From NCBI GenBank assembly GCA_964035575.1, contig OZ037833.1, positions 930,001 through 994,000 of the forward strand: a DNA stretch of 64,000 nt. Reading direction: 5' to 3'. The DNA is from Rhynchopus sp. YZ270_cl-10. Its lineage: Eukaryota. Below the pieces are notes generated by a model. The model was not told the DNA's origin and searched no databases. It saw only the letters and a list, made by a program, of their open reading frames with translations. The translations under genes and the position numbers were made by a program. Positions 33,994-45,200 of this stretch are shown here, piece by piece. Positions within the stretch are counted from its first letter, which is position 1. Each line of letters starts with the position of its first letter.

Positions 33994-35155
33994 TTTGTGA
34001 GAAGGGTGTCTACAATAGGTGAGATGAAGAGGGAGAGGGGAGCATGAGGAGGAGGAGGAGGAGGAGAAGAAAGTGAAGTTGCTAGTGCAAAAACGTCTCT
34101 GGGAGGCGCAGGGCACTGACACTCCCGCGGGTTATCGAACCCCGGAGTGTTGTGCTTGGGAGTTATTTAGAGGGAAATTGTAAGCAGGTATACAGTTATT
34201 ACCCCACCCTTGGGGGAAGGGGGGATAAGTGGAGAAAAAGTGTTTAACCAATGGTGAATAGAAAAGCTTCATACAGAAAGGTCATTTTATTGGTGCTCCG
34301 GGAGGGGGTCGATCTTGAAAGGTCGCTGACAAGGTTGACCGATTTTCCGCAAAGCACCATTTATGGGGGGAAAAAGGAGATTTCGGTGTGAGAAGTGATG
34401 TAAGAAAATAAATGGGGAACGGGGGTATTTTTTTTTTTTGCTAAGCCAAAAGTGGTCTCTGTACCCCTTTTTGACAATCCTTTTCCCGACAAGGCGGGGG
34501 TGGAGGAGGAGGAGGAGGAGGGGGAAGGAACTCGAACAAAATATGTACGATGAATGTGTCTCTTGTGCACACACACACATATACATCTCTCCAAAAAACA
34601 TAGAAAAAGAAAAAACGCATAGGTGGCCAGAGGGCGTAGTAAAAAAAATTAGAAAAAAAAGATGCATTTTTTTTTTTAAAAGTTGTCTTTATGTGTGGCA
34701 GTCCCCCCCATTCCCTATTCCCGTTCTCGCAGCAGTACTTCTTTATTATTATCTTCTTGTCGAGTATAGACAAAGCCCCATAACGTTGTGCAGTGTACGC
34801 CGGTTTTTTTTTTGCATTTTTTCTCTTTTTTCCTGATCCGAGCGGGCGGGGGAAACAAAATAAAAACTGGTCCCCCTAATTAAAAAAAACCCCCCCAGCA
34901 GCTCTGAACCAACCACAGACAGTCAAAACTGGGCAACACCCCCGCTCTTAGGAACTAGCCACCACTGCTTTTCAACACACATACGCAAGGTTCCTACACA
35001 ATGCGCATAAACTGAATAAACCCCTTTTACGGGAAATAAGCCAAGAACGCACCCACACACATTTGTGCCATGCTTCGCTCTTAGGAACTACTCACACCTG
35101 CTCTTCAAGCACCACACAGTACACCCCCATACCCCATACCCCATCCCCAGCCGTA

Positions 35156-35835
35156 CTAAGACTTGTGTGCCCTGCTTCGGAGAATATTTTTCGATCGTGC
35201 GTACCTGATGGGGTGGTGTGCATGTGAATGCAGGCAGATGCAAGGGGGGTTAAACTAGACTAAAAGAAGTTGGAAGTGCAAACGCCGCAACACTCGTCGG
35301 AAGGCGGAGCGCAGGCGACTGCTAAGAAATACTCAACAGTTGGATTGCTTTGGATTATTTTGCGGATCGGTTTCAAGAACAAAGGAAAGTTTACTCGAAA
35401 TACAACAGCTCGTGAACAGTGTACCTTTGGTACAATAAGCGGTGTACCAAGGGGTGGACCCCAACCATGCGGGTCCTACATCCATTTTCGTGGTTTACAT
35501 CTAATAATCTAAAACAACATCAGATGGTGTGGCCGACGACCCCAACAGAAAGTAGCAGAAAATAGCACAAAAATAGCACAAAAATAGCACCCCCTTTCAG
35601 CCACACCATCAGAGGAAATCTTAATTTAGAAGGATGATTGTTTACTGCTTGGGAAAACCCTATCTCTGAGTTAAGATCTTCTGTTTTCTTAAAAGGGGGT
35701 AATTTCGGGTCAGGGGAGGGGGGGAAAACACTTTTAACCATACATGCAGAAGATCGGGGCCACCACGGTCAACAGCACCACCGCACATCCGACCAGCCAC
35801 GCCACGGTGCTGGGCACGCCGTCAGAATGCAGCAT
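35156..35835 (-). CDS. Spliced 46-aa single-pass membrane microprotein
   Basis: Exon 1 35835-35744 (MLHSDGVPSTVAWLVGCAVVLLTVVAPIFC, GTATGG donor) and exon 2 35204-35156 (CACCACCCCATCAG acceptor, MYARSKNILRSRAHKS*). Phase-compatible. Confidence 0.6.
35525..35608. mobile_element. Small TG..CA MITE with 5-bp TSD
   Basis: TCAGA|TGGTGTGGC ... GCCACACCA|TCAGA. Related copies near 29060-29121 and, inverted, 45318-45378. Confidence 0.55.
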
Positions 35836-36798
35836 GGCTTCAAGAGGGGTAGGTCTGTTCTCACTGTCTCGTATAATCTACCTTGTGAAACCCTATCTGC
35901 TCATGCAGGTATCGTGCCGTGTGTATTTCCTGCAAATATGGGGGGTTTTTTGTGTCAAGAAAGAAAGGCCGTCAAGAAGTTGGAGGCACAGTACTTTTTC
36001 AGATTTTTCCAGATATATTTTTACCTGGAAAGGGGGAAGTCGAGTTTTGAATTAAAAAAAACCCCGAAAATGCCAAAACCCGAAAATTTCCTAAGGTAGA
36101 GAGAGAGAGAGAGTTAAACCTCAAATCGGGCCTCGGCATACCGACCCCCCCACTCACATAGTTTACCCCCAAAGAGAAAAAAATTGTTAGAGGGTGGTAT
36201 GGGTGGATAGTGTACTATTGTCTGTGGGGAAGCAAAAACATCCCCAATCCTTTTTGCACAAAAAAACAGAGGTTTATCACAAAAAAAAAAAATTGACAAA
36301 AACCCCCCCCCCCCCCCCCCCCCCTTCCCCACCACCGTTTCCCCTCAAACAAATACACGATGGCCATGATACAGGGCGATAGAGCACACAGCTCCCACGC
36401 ACCTTCCTCAGACGACACTACCGCAAAGTCACATCCATGCTCTGCAACTCCAACCTTCAGGTCAGTGCAATGACTATCATACGGTATAGCTGGCTTGAGG
36501 TGAAACCCCAACCAGGCAAGCCCGACATAAGGCCAGCTATATCAGCACCGTCCATAAGTAGTATTGCCGTAAGAAAAAACTATATTAGCACCCTCTCGCC
36601 AGGATGCGGTACACAGCTCTGCAACGCTGTTTCATGTCTTCTGACGCATATCGGACACTGGAATGTCCTTCGAATAGATTCCGTCCGTCCAAGACATGCT
36701 ATATTAGCACCGTCCATAGTGTTGCCAGCAAGCCAGGTCATATCGGAGTCTATACCTGATCTAGCTCCCCTCTGGCCTTTTATTGTTTTGTTTTTTTT

Positions 36799-39081
36799 CT
36801 ACCGTACATCACCCATATAGGCTGAGGTCATGATCCACGGATAGGTGCTCCAGATGCGTTCCAGCTGTGTGAGGTCGATGCTGTTCATCGCGTACATAGT
36901 CTTCAGCTCCTCAATGTCGTCTGCCAGGGCCGATTTTATTTCCCATGCAAGCCGCAGCTCCGACGCCCCCTCTTCAAGAGAAGACAACACCGCAAGGACA
37001 CGCCCATGCTCTGCAAGCCAATTCATATAGGCACCTGCCTCTGCATCATTCGCAAACGAAACCACACCATCTCTTGCCTGGAGACGCGAAAATAGACGGT
37101 GGATTTCGCGCAATGAAAACATACAGCTGATTAATGGGTCTCTGACGCGAAGACTGTTTCGGAAGACACCGCTGACCCACCAGACTGCCTGGAAGATAGC
37201 GTACATCAACCCGCACGCAGGAACTGTCGCGAATGCGTTGAGATTCATCCGATTTGCTCGGAGGAGGCCTTCTACTTCGACCATCTGTTGGTCAATCTGG
37301 ACACGAGTCTTGATTGCTTGGAGGAGCAGAGCGCGGCCGATTTCGCCGCGGGCGACGTTGAAGAGAGGGGATTTGATCTGCTCTTCGAGAAGGTGCATGA
37401 CAGGTTCCCAGGCAACGATGCTGTCGATGTCGCCGTGCTCCGCTTCGGCAATCGCTTCAGTGCATTCAGGTCGTACCGTCTTAATGAAATCAACAAGCAT
37501 CGCCCGCAACGATCGATTTCCATACTCCACACTCTGCACCGCATTTTCCAATTGAACCAACTGTCTTACAGGGGTGAACAACTCTTCGTATATCGCCTTC
37601 ACCGGTTCAACAACGTGTTGTATAAAAAAATCGATAAAAACTGGTTTCGTCCTCGCCCACCACCCAGCCAACTGCCCAACATGCCCAGTATGCGTGAAGT
37701 ATGTGAACAACAGCGACGCACCAAGCACCACGCACCCAACCCGTTTTAATTGATGTCGGTGGTATTCTCGGTGCAGCGTATCCATATGTTGCTTGAGCTT
37801 TGTGGGAAATGACTCGAGAAGCTCAAACTCCGCCGAGAAGAGAAACACTGTATGGGACGTACGTGCATGCGTCAATGGAGTACCGGCAACGGTTTGCCCA
37901 TCACAATAGGCGGGGGTATCGAAGTACGTTTGGATCTTCTGCGCAATCGAGCTGATCTGATGCAAACAAGACCGTGGGATGAGGTCCGCCCGTTTAATCG
38001 TTGGATCCAACGTGGCCAATAACGTCGACGACTGCGCCAAAAAATTTGTCAACAAATCGATATTCAACTGCGTCACCTGCAACAACAACGTTCGCAATCT
38101 GCTATTAAAATCCGGACGCTCTGTGTCATTCAAAAACCGCGCAATCTCTGAAGCAGATTTATGCACGATTCCGATAACCGAATCCAATGCGCTTTCAATC
38201 TTCGCAAAGGCGTGCACGATTTTGCTCGAAAGAGGGTAGGCATGCGTTCGGGGCGACAGCTCCACCCACTTCCAGAAGATGGCTGTTGCAACAACACGCT
38301 CGCGCACCTGAAGCAGCATCCCAATCGCAACGTCGGCCATATATATCCTCAGACGGCACATCATTGCCAACAACGAAGTATCTCTAACGGGCGGCGCTGT
38401 ATCCTCATGCTCCTCCCCTGCCCAGCATAGCTTCAGCCCTACCCACAGCGTTGAGATTGCGCGAGGCAGACGGGGTATGTGTTTCCGTTTCGCTTCATCA
38501 TGATGTACCATAGTGTCTCCAAGCCGGGTTCGAAGGGTTTTTAGTACAGAGCGAATGCCATCTGGACAACGTGTCGCGAGGCGTGCGGAGAGGTCTTCAA
38601 ATTCGCTTTCGTGTATGGTCACCTCGACGTCCCCTCCCCCTCCCCCTCCGGCCCCAGGAAAGTGCATGCTATCTGTCCGCAGGGTTCCGAAACAGACCTC
38701 ACTTCCCAAAGCTTTGAGGGGTGCTGGTGTTGGTGCTGGGGTGGTCCCATCGGTTGGTTCATTGTCGATCTCGCTGGTGTTGCTGAAGACCCGGCTGAGG
38801 CTGCTTGCAAGAAGAGCGGGAGGGGAGGCAGGGAGGGTGCCTAAGGTGGGTGTAGAAGGCTCAACGAGAAGCGGGGTGGTGCGTGAGTGTGGGTCGTCGG
38901 AGGCCTGTTCTAGGCGTTCCTCTAGCTTGCGTTCGGCGGTCGCGTACCATCGTTGGTAGTCACCTCGGGAGGTGGTGTGCAGCTCGGGCTTCCAGGACGC
39001 ATTGTGTACCAGCTGGTTGAAGGTTCCATCCTCATTGTGGTGCTCCCGAAGGTTGTGTGGCGAAGTTATGCTTGGGTGCAT
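36799..39081 (-). CDS. NCA2: NCA2 (nuclear control of ATPase 2)/DGS1-family mitochondrial membrane protein, 760 aa
   Basis: C-terminal half has HVVEPVKAIYEELF, SLRAMLVDF, EEQIKSPLFNVARGEIGRALLLQ and LLRANRMNLNAFATVP, typical of the NCA2 domain. Two hydrophobic segments. Confidence 0.8.
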   Translation of the reverse strand: MHPSITSPHNLREHHNEDGTFNQLVHNASWKPELHTTSRGDYQRWYATAERKLEERLEQASDDPHSRTTPLLVEPSTPTLGTLPASPPALLASSLSRVFSNTSEIDNEPTDGTTPAPTPAPLKALGSEVCFGTLRTDSMHFPGAGGGGGGDVEVTIHESEFEDLSARLATRCPDGIRSVLKTLRTRLGDTMVHHDEAKRKHIPRLPRAISTLWVGLKLCWAGEEHEDTAPPVRDTSLLAMMCRLRIYMADVAIGMLLQVRERVVATAIFWKWVELSPRTHAYPLSSKIVHAFAKIESALDSVIGIVHKSASEIARFLNDTERPDFNSRLRTLLLQVTQLNIDLLTNFLAQSSTLLATLDPTIKRADLIPRSCLHQISSIAQKIQTYFDTPAYCDGQTVAGTPLTHARTSHTVFLFSAEFELLESFPTKLKQHMDTLHREYHRHQLKRVGCVVLGASLLFTYFTHTGHVGQLAGWWARTKPVFIDFFIQHVVEPVKAIYEELFTPVRQLVQLENAVQSVEYGNRSLRAMLVDFIKTVRPECTEAIAEAEHGDIDSIVAWEPVMHLLEEQIKSPLFNVARGEIGRALLLQAIKTRVQIDQQMVEVEGLLRANRMNLNAFATVPACGLMYAIFQAVWWVSGVFRNSLRVRDPLISCMFSLREIHRLFSRLQARDGVVSFANDAEAGAYMNWLAEHGRVLAVLSSLEEGASELRLAWEIKSALADDIEELKTMYAMNSIDLTQLERIWSTYPWIMTSAYMGDVR

Positions 39082-39241
39082 TGTGTATTATACAGCATTG
39101 CTGGTGAGATTGTTGGGAAGGAAGTGGGGTGTGTATAGCATGCGAGAGAAATGGAGGGGGGAGATGGAGAGGAAAGTCTTTATTTTTTCACCTGATACAG
39201 TTTTTCATCCGGAGAGGAAAAAAAACAAAACAAAAAGCTGC

Positions 39242-40205
39242 TTAGGCGGTGACCTGCTGGAGGGCGGCGTTGGACATGAACCCGAAGGTGATGGTGCGGC
39301 CGGTCAGCTTGTTGTAGGCGGCGGCGAAGGTGTCGATCTGTTGTGTTGTGTGTGGGGTGTTGCACAGCGGGCTTGGGGAACCGGAACCCTTTCATATGAT
39401 ATGCATATCCCATGCAGTGCAGACACAGAGGTTAATGTGTCCGTTTTTTTGGATAATTACCCAAGACACAACACCACAGCGATCCTCATGAATGGACATA
39501 AATTTAAAATCAAAATAAAATATGGTTGTGACATTATGTGGAGACTGGGGGAAAACACATTGTAACCACTTTCGCCTATTGGTTCTATTCACGCTTAGAA
39601 ACGTGAATAATAGGCGAGGGGAGGATTTGCTGTCCAAAGGTCCAAAAGGTACTTCATATGAGAAAATTAATTGTGGCTGTCTGATGTCAGTAAGAAAAGA
39701 GCATGCATACCTTGCTGTTGATCTTCTCCTGGTCCTTGGCCTCCAGGTAGATCTTGGTGTGCTTGGAGCCGTCGGTGAGCTGGCGGGTGCGCTTTCCGCA
39801 GATCTCGCTGGGGTAGCAGATGTCGTCAAGGACGGCCTCGTGGACAGCCTTCATGGTGCGGCTGCGCACGCTCATCTTCTTGGCGGTCACGATCTGGCGC
39901 TCGATCTTCCTCTGGGCCACGAAGAGCACGTTCTTGTGCATCTTCTTCTCAAGGGTTGCGACAAGTGCCTTCTGCACCTTGTGAACCTTGCGGACGTAAC
40001 GCAGGGGGTAGAACACCACAACAGCGGTCTTGGTGGCGGACACCTCGATCTCTCTCGCGGAGTTGATGGTGAACCCGGTCAGGGCCGCCTTCAGGTTCTT
40101 CGACTCCTGCTCCAGGTCGTACAGGGCCTGGGCAGCCTGGATCTCAAGCTCGGTGGCGTCAGTGCGACGCGACTTACGGATCTTCTTCAGAGCGGTGGTC
40201 GACAT
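39242..40205 (-). CDS. RPS7: 40S ribosomal protein S7 (eS7), copy 1, 196 aa
   Basis: Exons 40205-39711 and 39337-39242 with a 373-nt GTATGC..CAG intron. Motifs RSRTMKAVHEAVLDDICYPSEICGKR and IDTFAAAYNKLTGR. Confidence 0.95.
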
Positions 40206-40622
40206 GATATAAGTTTAACCTTGAAAACCTGGTGCTGAACGGAAAGGGTTTGTGAGGGTGTGGGGAGGGCATCATACACAAAAACAACAGTCTCTACCCC
40301 CCTTTTTTTTTTAAATCTGACGATTTTTTTTTTTTGTTTTTTTTTGTAGTTTTTCACTTTTTTCCCTAAAAACCTGATTTCTGTGCCCTATCATAAAACA
40401 AAACTTTACTTACACTTTTGCTTTGTTTTGCTTATTCAACTGTTGTTCTGTTGCAGCCTGTTGTTGTACGATGGCTCTCGTCAGTGCAGCCTTCAGGCTG
40501 CGGCACTTTGGCGCCACACGTGTGATCAGCCATGGGGGCGGGGGTTTTTTATTGTCACCAACAATATTTGGGGGCTCTGAAGTAACGATTTCTTTGTCAA
40601 AATACAACATCGGCAATCCAGC

Positions 40623-43600
40623 TTAGGCGGTGACCTGCTGGAGGGCGGCGTTGGACATGAACCCGAAGGTGATGGTGCGGCCGGTCAGCTTGTTGTAGGC
40701 GGCGGCGAAGGTGTCGATCTGTTGTGTTGTGTGTGGGGTGTTGCATAGCAGGCTTAGGGAATCCCTGCCTTTTACATTTCTCTCATATTGTGTAGTTAGG
40801 GCAGGCTCACTTTTGTCTGTGTTTATTGCTCGCGCGCGCGGAAAATTTTGAGAATTCCAAAAAAAAAAACATGGGGGAAAAAAAAAACATTGTAGTAATA
40901 AAAGGTGTGAGGGAGAGAGTAGTGGGGCTTGAGGGTGATTTTGTGCACCAAGTTCCTACAAAAATATTGTGAAATGTTTCAAAAAAAGATCGATGGGATT
41001 TATTTTTGTGAGGTTCCGGGAAACCCGCAAACCCGCAAGTTCTTTTACACCGCTGTCCTCTCCTGTCCCTCCCAAACGCCCCTACCCACTGAGCAAGATA
41101 AAACAATAAGCTCGCGTTTCTTTTATCGAGCAGATCTTATTCTCCGCCCCGTACCCAAAACGTAAACACCACTTTAATTCAGAAAAAATATTTTACTCTT
41201 CTTTTGTCTTCCACACGCGCTGATTTTTGTGTTCGCTATTTTTTTTAACCATGAACCTCCCCCACGCAAATGACTGCTTCTACGAGTGCACCATCATGAT
41301 GGACAAGCAGCCCGCGTTTGAGACCGTCACGAACGTAAAGGCAACAGAGAGCAGGGGGTGAGTGGTTTTCGTAAAAACCAAAAAACGTTGAAACTCCCTA
41401 CTCCCCCCAATACAGGCTGTATCCTAAGTCGGGAAAAAACCACCATTTTCGGACCCGTCGTGTCCCAGAATTTTTTTTCACGGGTCGGGAAAGATCTTTT
41501 TTTTTTTTTTTTTTTTCGAGAAAAAAAATCCTCTTCTCCCGAAAAAAAAAAAAAAAAAAAGATTTTTGGGAGAAAAAAAAAAAGAGAAAAGATTTGAAAA
41601 TCCTGGGAAAATCCTGAAAAAATCCTGAAAAATCCTGGAAAAATCCATGAAATTTCATGAAAAATCTCGAGATCTTGAGAAATCTTTGAAAAAAAAAAAA
41701 AAGATTTTCAAAATCTTTTTTTTTTTTTTTCCCAAAACAGGGTTTCCGCCAGGATTTGGGGTTTCAGAAATTGGGGTGTACCATGAAAATGACCCCCAAA
41801 AAAATTTTTTTCTCCCCGAAAAAGCGGTCGTCGCGCGCTTCGCGCGCGCCTCCCTGGCAGACACAGGTAGAGAGGCGAAGCGTGCGGGGGTGCTCCAAAA
41901 AAAATTTTTGGGAAGGGTTGGGGAAGAAGGGGAGGCGCGAGATACGCTCACTACCGGTTGAGGTGTCACTTCCACTGGGCTGCAGATATGTGGCGCATCT
42001 CTGCAGCACTGTAATCACTGTGTAGCGCCATGCAATGAAAAAAGCAAATACCATCACCCTCTCACAAGACTCCTTTACCTTGTGAAGCTTCCACCCCCGA
42101 CCTCCAAACGAACCAGCTGTGAAGTTTAACATGGTTGCTATCAAAGCTGGTGCTAAAACCCAAAAAGTTGCCAAAGCTGCGGCAGAGCCGACTTGTCTTG
42201 GTCAAGAAGGAGACCCCTCCCACGGTTGACGAGGCGATACGGGCATCACTTCGGCTGGAGGAGGAGGTGGAAGCGGAATGAAGGAGACAATGGGGAAAGG
42301 TAAGGAGTCTTGTGAGAGTGATGAGAGGGATCCCGTTGGGACATGTAGTAGAAAGTGAATGCATTCGTCGCTTGCACCGAAGCCTCCTTTAAAAAGGGGC
42401 AATACACAGAAGTGTCAATGATAATATAGCAACATCAAATAGCCAGCAACACAGCGCCGCAGGCGCACGGTACGCTACTTTTTTTTCTCTTTTTTCCCTA
42501 GATTTTACCCCCCTTTTCTTCCACTTCTTTTGACACAGCGAGCCAAACGCTCTGCACGGTGGGGTCACATGACCACAGGGGGTCATCTACAACCTCTTAA
42601 AACCCCATTTTTCTCGGGGTGTACTTTGGTACACCCCGAATCCCTGTAAAAATCCAATTTTTTCCTGGAAAAATATTGGGGTGTACCAAAGTACACCCCG
42701 GTACACCTTGGCGGGAACTCTGCAAAAAGATTTTTCAAAATCCCAAAAATCTTTTTTATCTTTTTTTTGAGAAAAAAAAGATTTTCAAGATCTTTTTCAT
42801 CTTTTTTTCTCTTTTTTTCCTTTTTTTTTCAGGATTTTTCAAAGATCTCAAAGATCTCGAGAGATCCTGAAAAAAAAAGACAAAAATCCTGAAAATCTTG
42901 ATTTTTTTTTTTTTTCTCCCGAGATTCTCGAAAAAAGACAAAAAAAGACAAAAGATCTTTCCCGACCCGTGTTTTTTCCCAAAAAAAAAAAAAAAAAAAA
43001 AGACAAAAAAAAAGAGCACAAAGCAAAACGTAACAAAAATTTCATAAACCCATTTGACCCCCAATAATAGATTCTCCATCCCCAACGTGTGTGTGTGTTT
43101 TTTTTTCTTATTTTTTTTTCCATGTTTTTTTCTTGCGCGCGCGCGCGGAAAATTTTTGGGCCCTCCGAGCATTAAACACAGACAAAAGTGAGCCTGCCCT
43201 TAACGTCATTTAGCAAGAATAAAAAGAAAATCTGAAAGTGCAATCACCTCAAGCTCATAGTAGGCGTGCAAAGGATCAACTTTATGGGGGTTTTTGGGGG
43301 AAAAATTATCAAGAAGTGGCTGGGCCAATATTTTTGTAATTAGGTGCAAAACAAAAATTTCCAAAATTTCAGCAGCGACCCCCCCTAGCATTAGCTCGTG
43401 AGCCCTCGTTTTTGTAGACGCCACGACAGGGGAGGAGTTTGGCTGGGGAGTGTTATCGAACCCTAATAGATAGGTATTTCAGATTTCGTACGGGATGGGT
43501 GTGGGAGAATCGTGAGTTGCACGATGATATGGGACGGAGGGTGTTCCGTTTTTGCTTTCCCTCTGTCACCGTGTGAACAATGGTGTTTTGTAGCAAAAAA

Positions 43601-45200
43601 CTTGCGATGTACCGTCTATGTGATGAGCTGCAGGCAATGCAGAAAAGAAAAAAAAATGTGTGGTGTGCATGGGTGTTCTTAAGACGGAATACGAATACCA
43701 CTTTTGGGATCGTGCACTTTTTTTTCTACAGGGATTCCCTTAGGGAAGAAAAAAAAGAGCAGAAGGGTAACTAAGAGACTTTAGAACGGTCTTTTTCACT
43801 GGGTGAGGTGCCCGTGAACTGGGATGGAATGGAACAACACAAAAAAGACATTTTCCTCCTTGTAGGACGAACCCCCAAGTAAAATTTTCGCCTCCGGCGG
43901 ACACCCCCTTTCCTCCACTGTGTACTGTACTGTGTACTGTGTACTGTGTACTGTGTACTGTGTACTGTGTACTGTGTACTGTGTACTGTGTACTGTGTAC
44001 TGTGTACTGTGTACTGTGTACTGTGTACTGTGTACTGTGTACTGTGTACTGTGTACTGTGTACTGTGTACTGTGTACTGTGCGGTTATGCAGCCACGCCA
44101 ATTTTATAGTACCACCGCTGAACGCTCGGGTCACCAAAAATTCAAATAAGACCAGTTTTGGGGTGTTTTGACCCTGTTTTTGACCCCCAAAGGGGAAGCC
44201 CACCCAAAGAAAAATAGTGGAATACGGACCCGATTTTCCCCCGAAAACCCCCGGAATACGGAACACCCATGGTGGTGTGCACGTGCACACCCAATGGTGT
44301 TGTTGGGTTTCATTTGTTGAAACCCAACAAAGGGTGTCAGGCGCATCTGTGATGTGGCCACCGCCCAGCACACATCGACCTGAATTTTTTTTTTGTTCCT
44401 TTCTCGCAGAACGCGTATCGTTGCTGTGGCACCATGCCAAACGCAAAGGTATAGAGGAATAAGAAGAAAACGGGGTAGAAGGGGGGTGGTGGAGGAAAGG
44501 GTTTTTTGGTGAAAAGAAACCAGTAAGTGAGTAGTGGGTGGCAAGGCACCTCCCGACCCACTGTACGATTCCAGCCCCGGATGAAAGCGCAAAGTACCCT
44601 GCGGACGGCAGAAGATGTGAAAAGGCAACCTAATGGTATAAAGGCCTCTCTCGTGCGTACATTTTGCAAGAAGCTTAGAAAAATGTGAGAAAAGAGCATG
44701 CATACCTTGCTGTTGATCTTCTCCTGGTCCTTGGCCTCCAGGTAGATCTTGGTGTGCTTGGAGCCGTCGGTGAGCTGGCGGGTGCGCTTTCCGCAGATCT
44801 CGCTGGGGTAGCAGATGTCGTCAAGGACGGCCTCGTGGACAGCCTTCATGGTGCGGCTGCGCACGCTCATCTTCTTGGCGGTCACGATCTGGCGCTCGAT
44901 CTTCCTCTGGGCCACGAAGAGCACGTTCTTGTGCATCTTCTTCTCAAGGGTTGCGACAAGTGCCTTCTGCACCTTGTGAACCTTGCGGACGTAACGCAGG
45001 GGGTAGAACACCACAACAGCGGTCTTGGTGGCGGACACCTCGATCTCTCTCGCGGAGTTGATGGTGAACCCGGTCAGGGCCGCCTTCAGGTTCTTCGACT
45101 CCTGCTCCAGGTCGTACAGGGCCTGGGCAGCCTGGATCTCAAGCTCGGTGGCGTCAGTGCGACGCGACTTACGGATCTTCTTCAGAGCGGTGGTCGACAT
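40623..45200 (-). CDS. RPS7: 40S ribosomal protein S7 (eS7), copy 2, 196 aa
   Basis: Exons 45200-44706 and 40718-40623 with a 3987-nt intron. Same protein as copy 1. Confidence 0.93.
40799..43199. mobile_element. PIF/Harbinger-like non-autonomous element inside the RPS7 intron
   Basis: TTA|GGGCAGGCTCACTTTTGTCTGTGTTTA ... TAAACACAGACAAAAGTGAGCCTGCCC|TTA (3-bp TWA TSD, GGG termini). Internal inverted repeats at 41479-41740 and 42720-42971. Confidence 0.8.
43916..44081. repeat. (ACTGTGT)n heptamer tandem array
   Basis: About 23 near-perfect copies. Confidence 0.95.

Noticed and set aside
44337..44705. C-terminal extension of the RPS7 ORF (287 aa)
   Set aside because: Read-through into the intron; the true exon 2 is 40718-40623.
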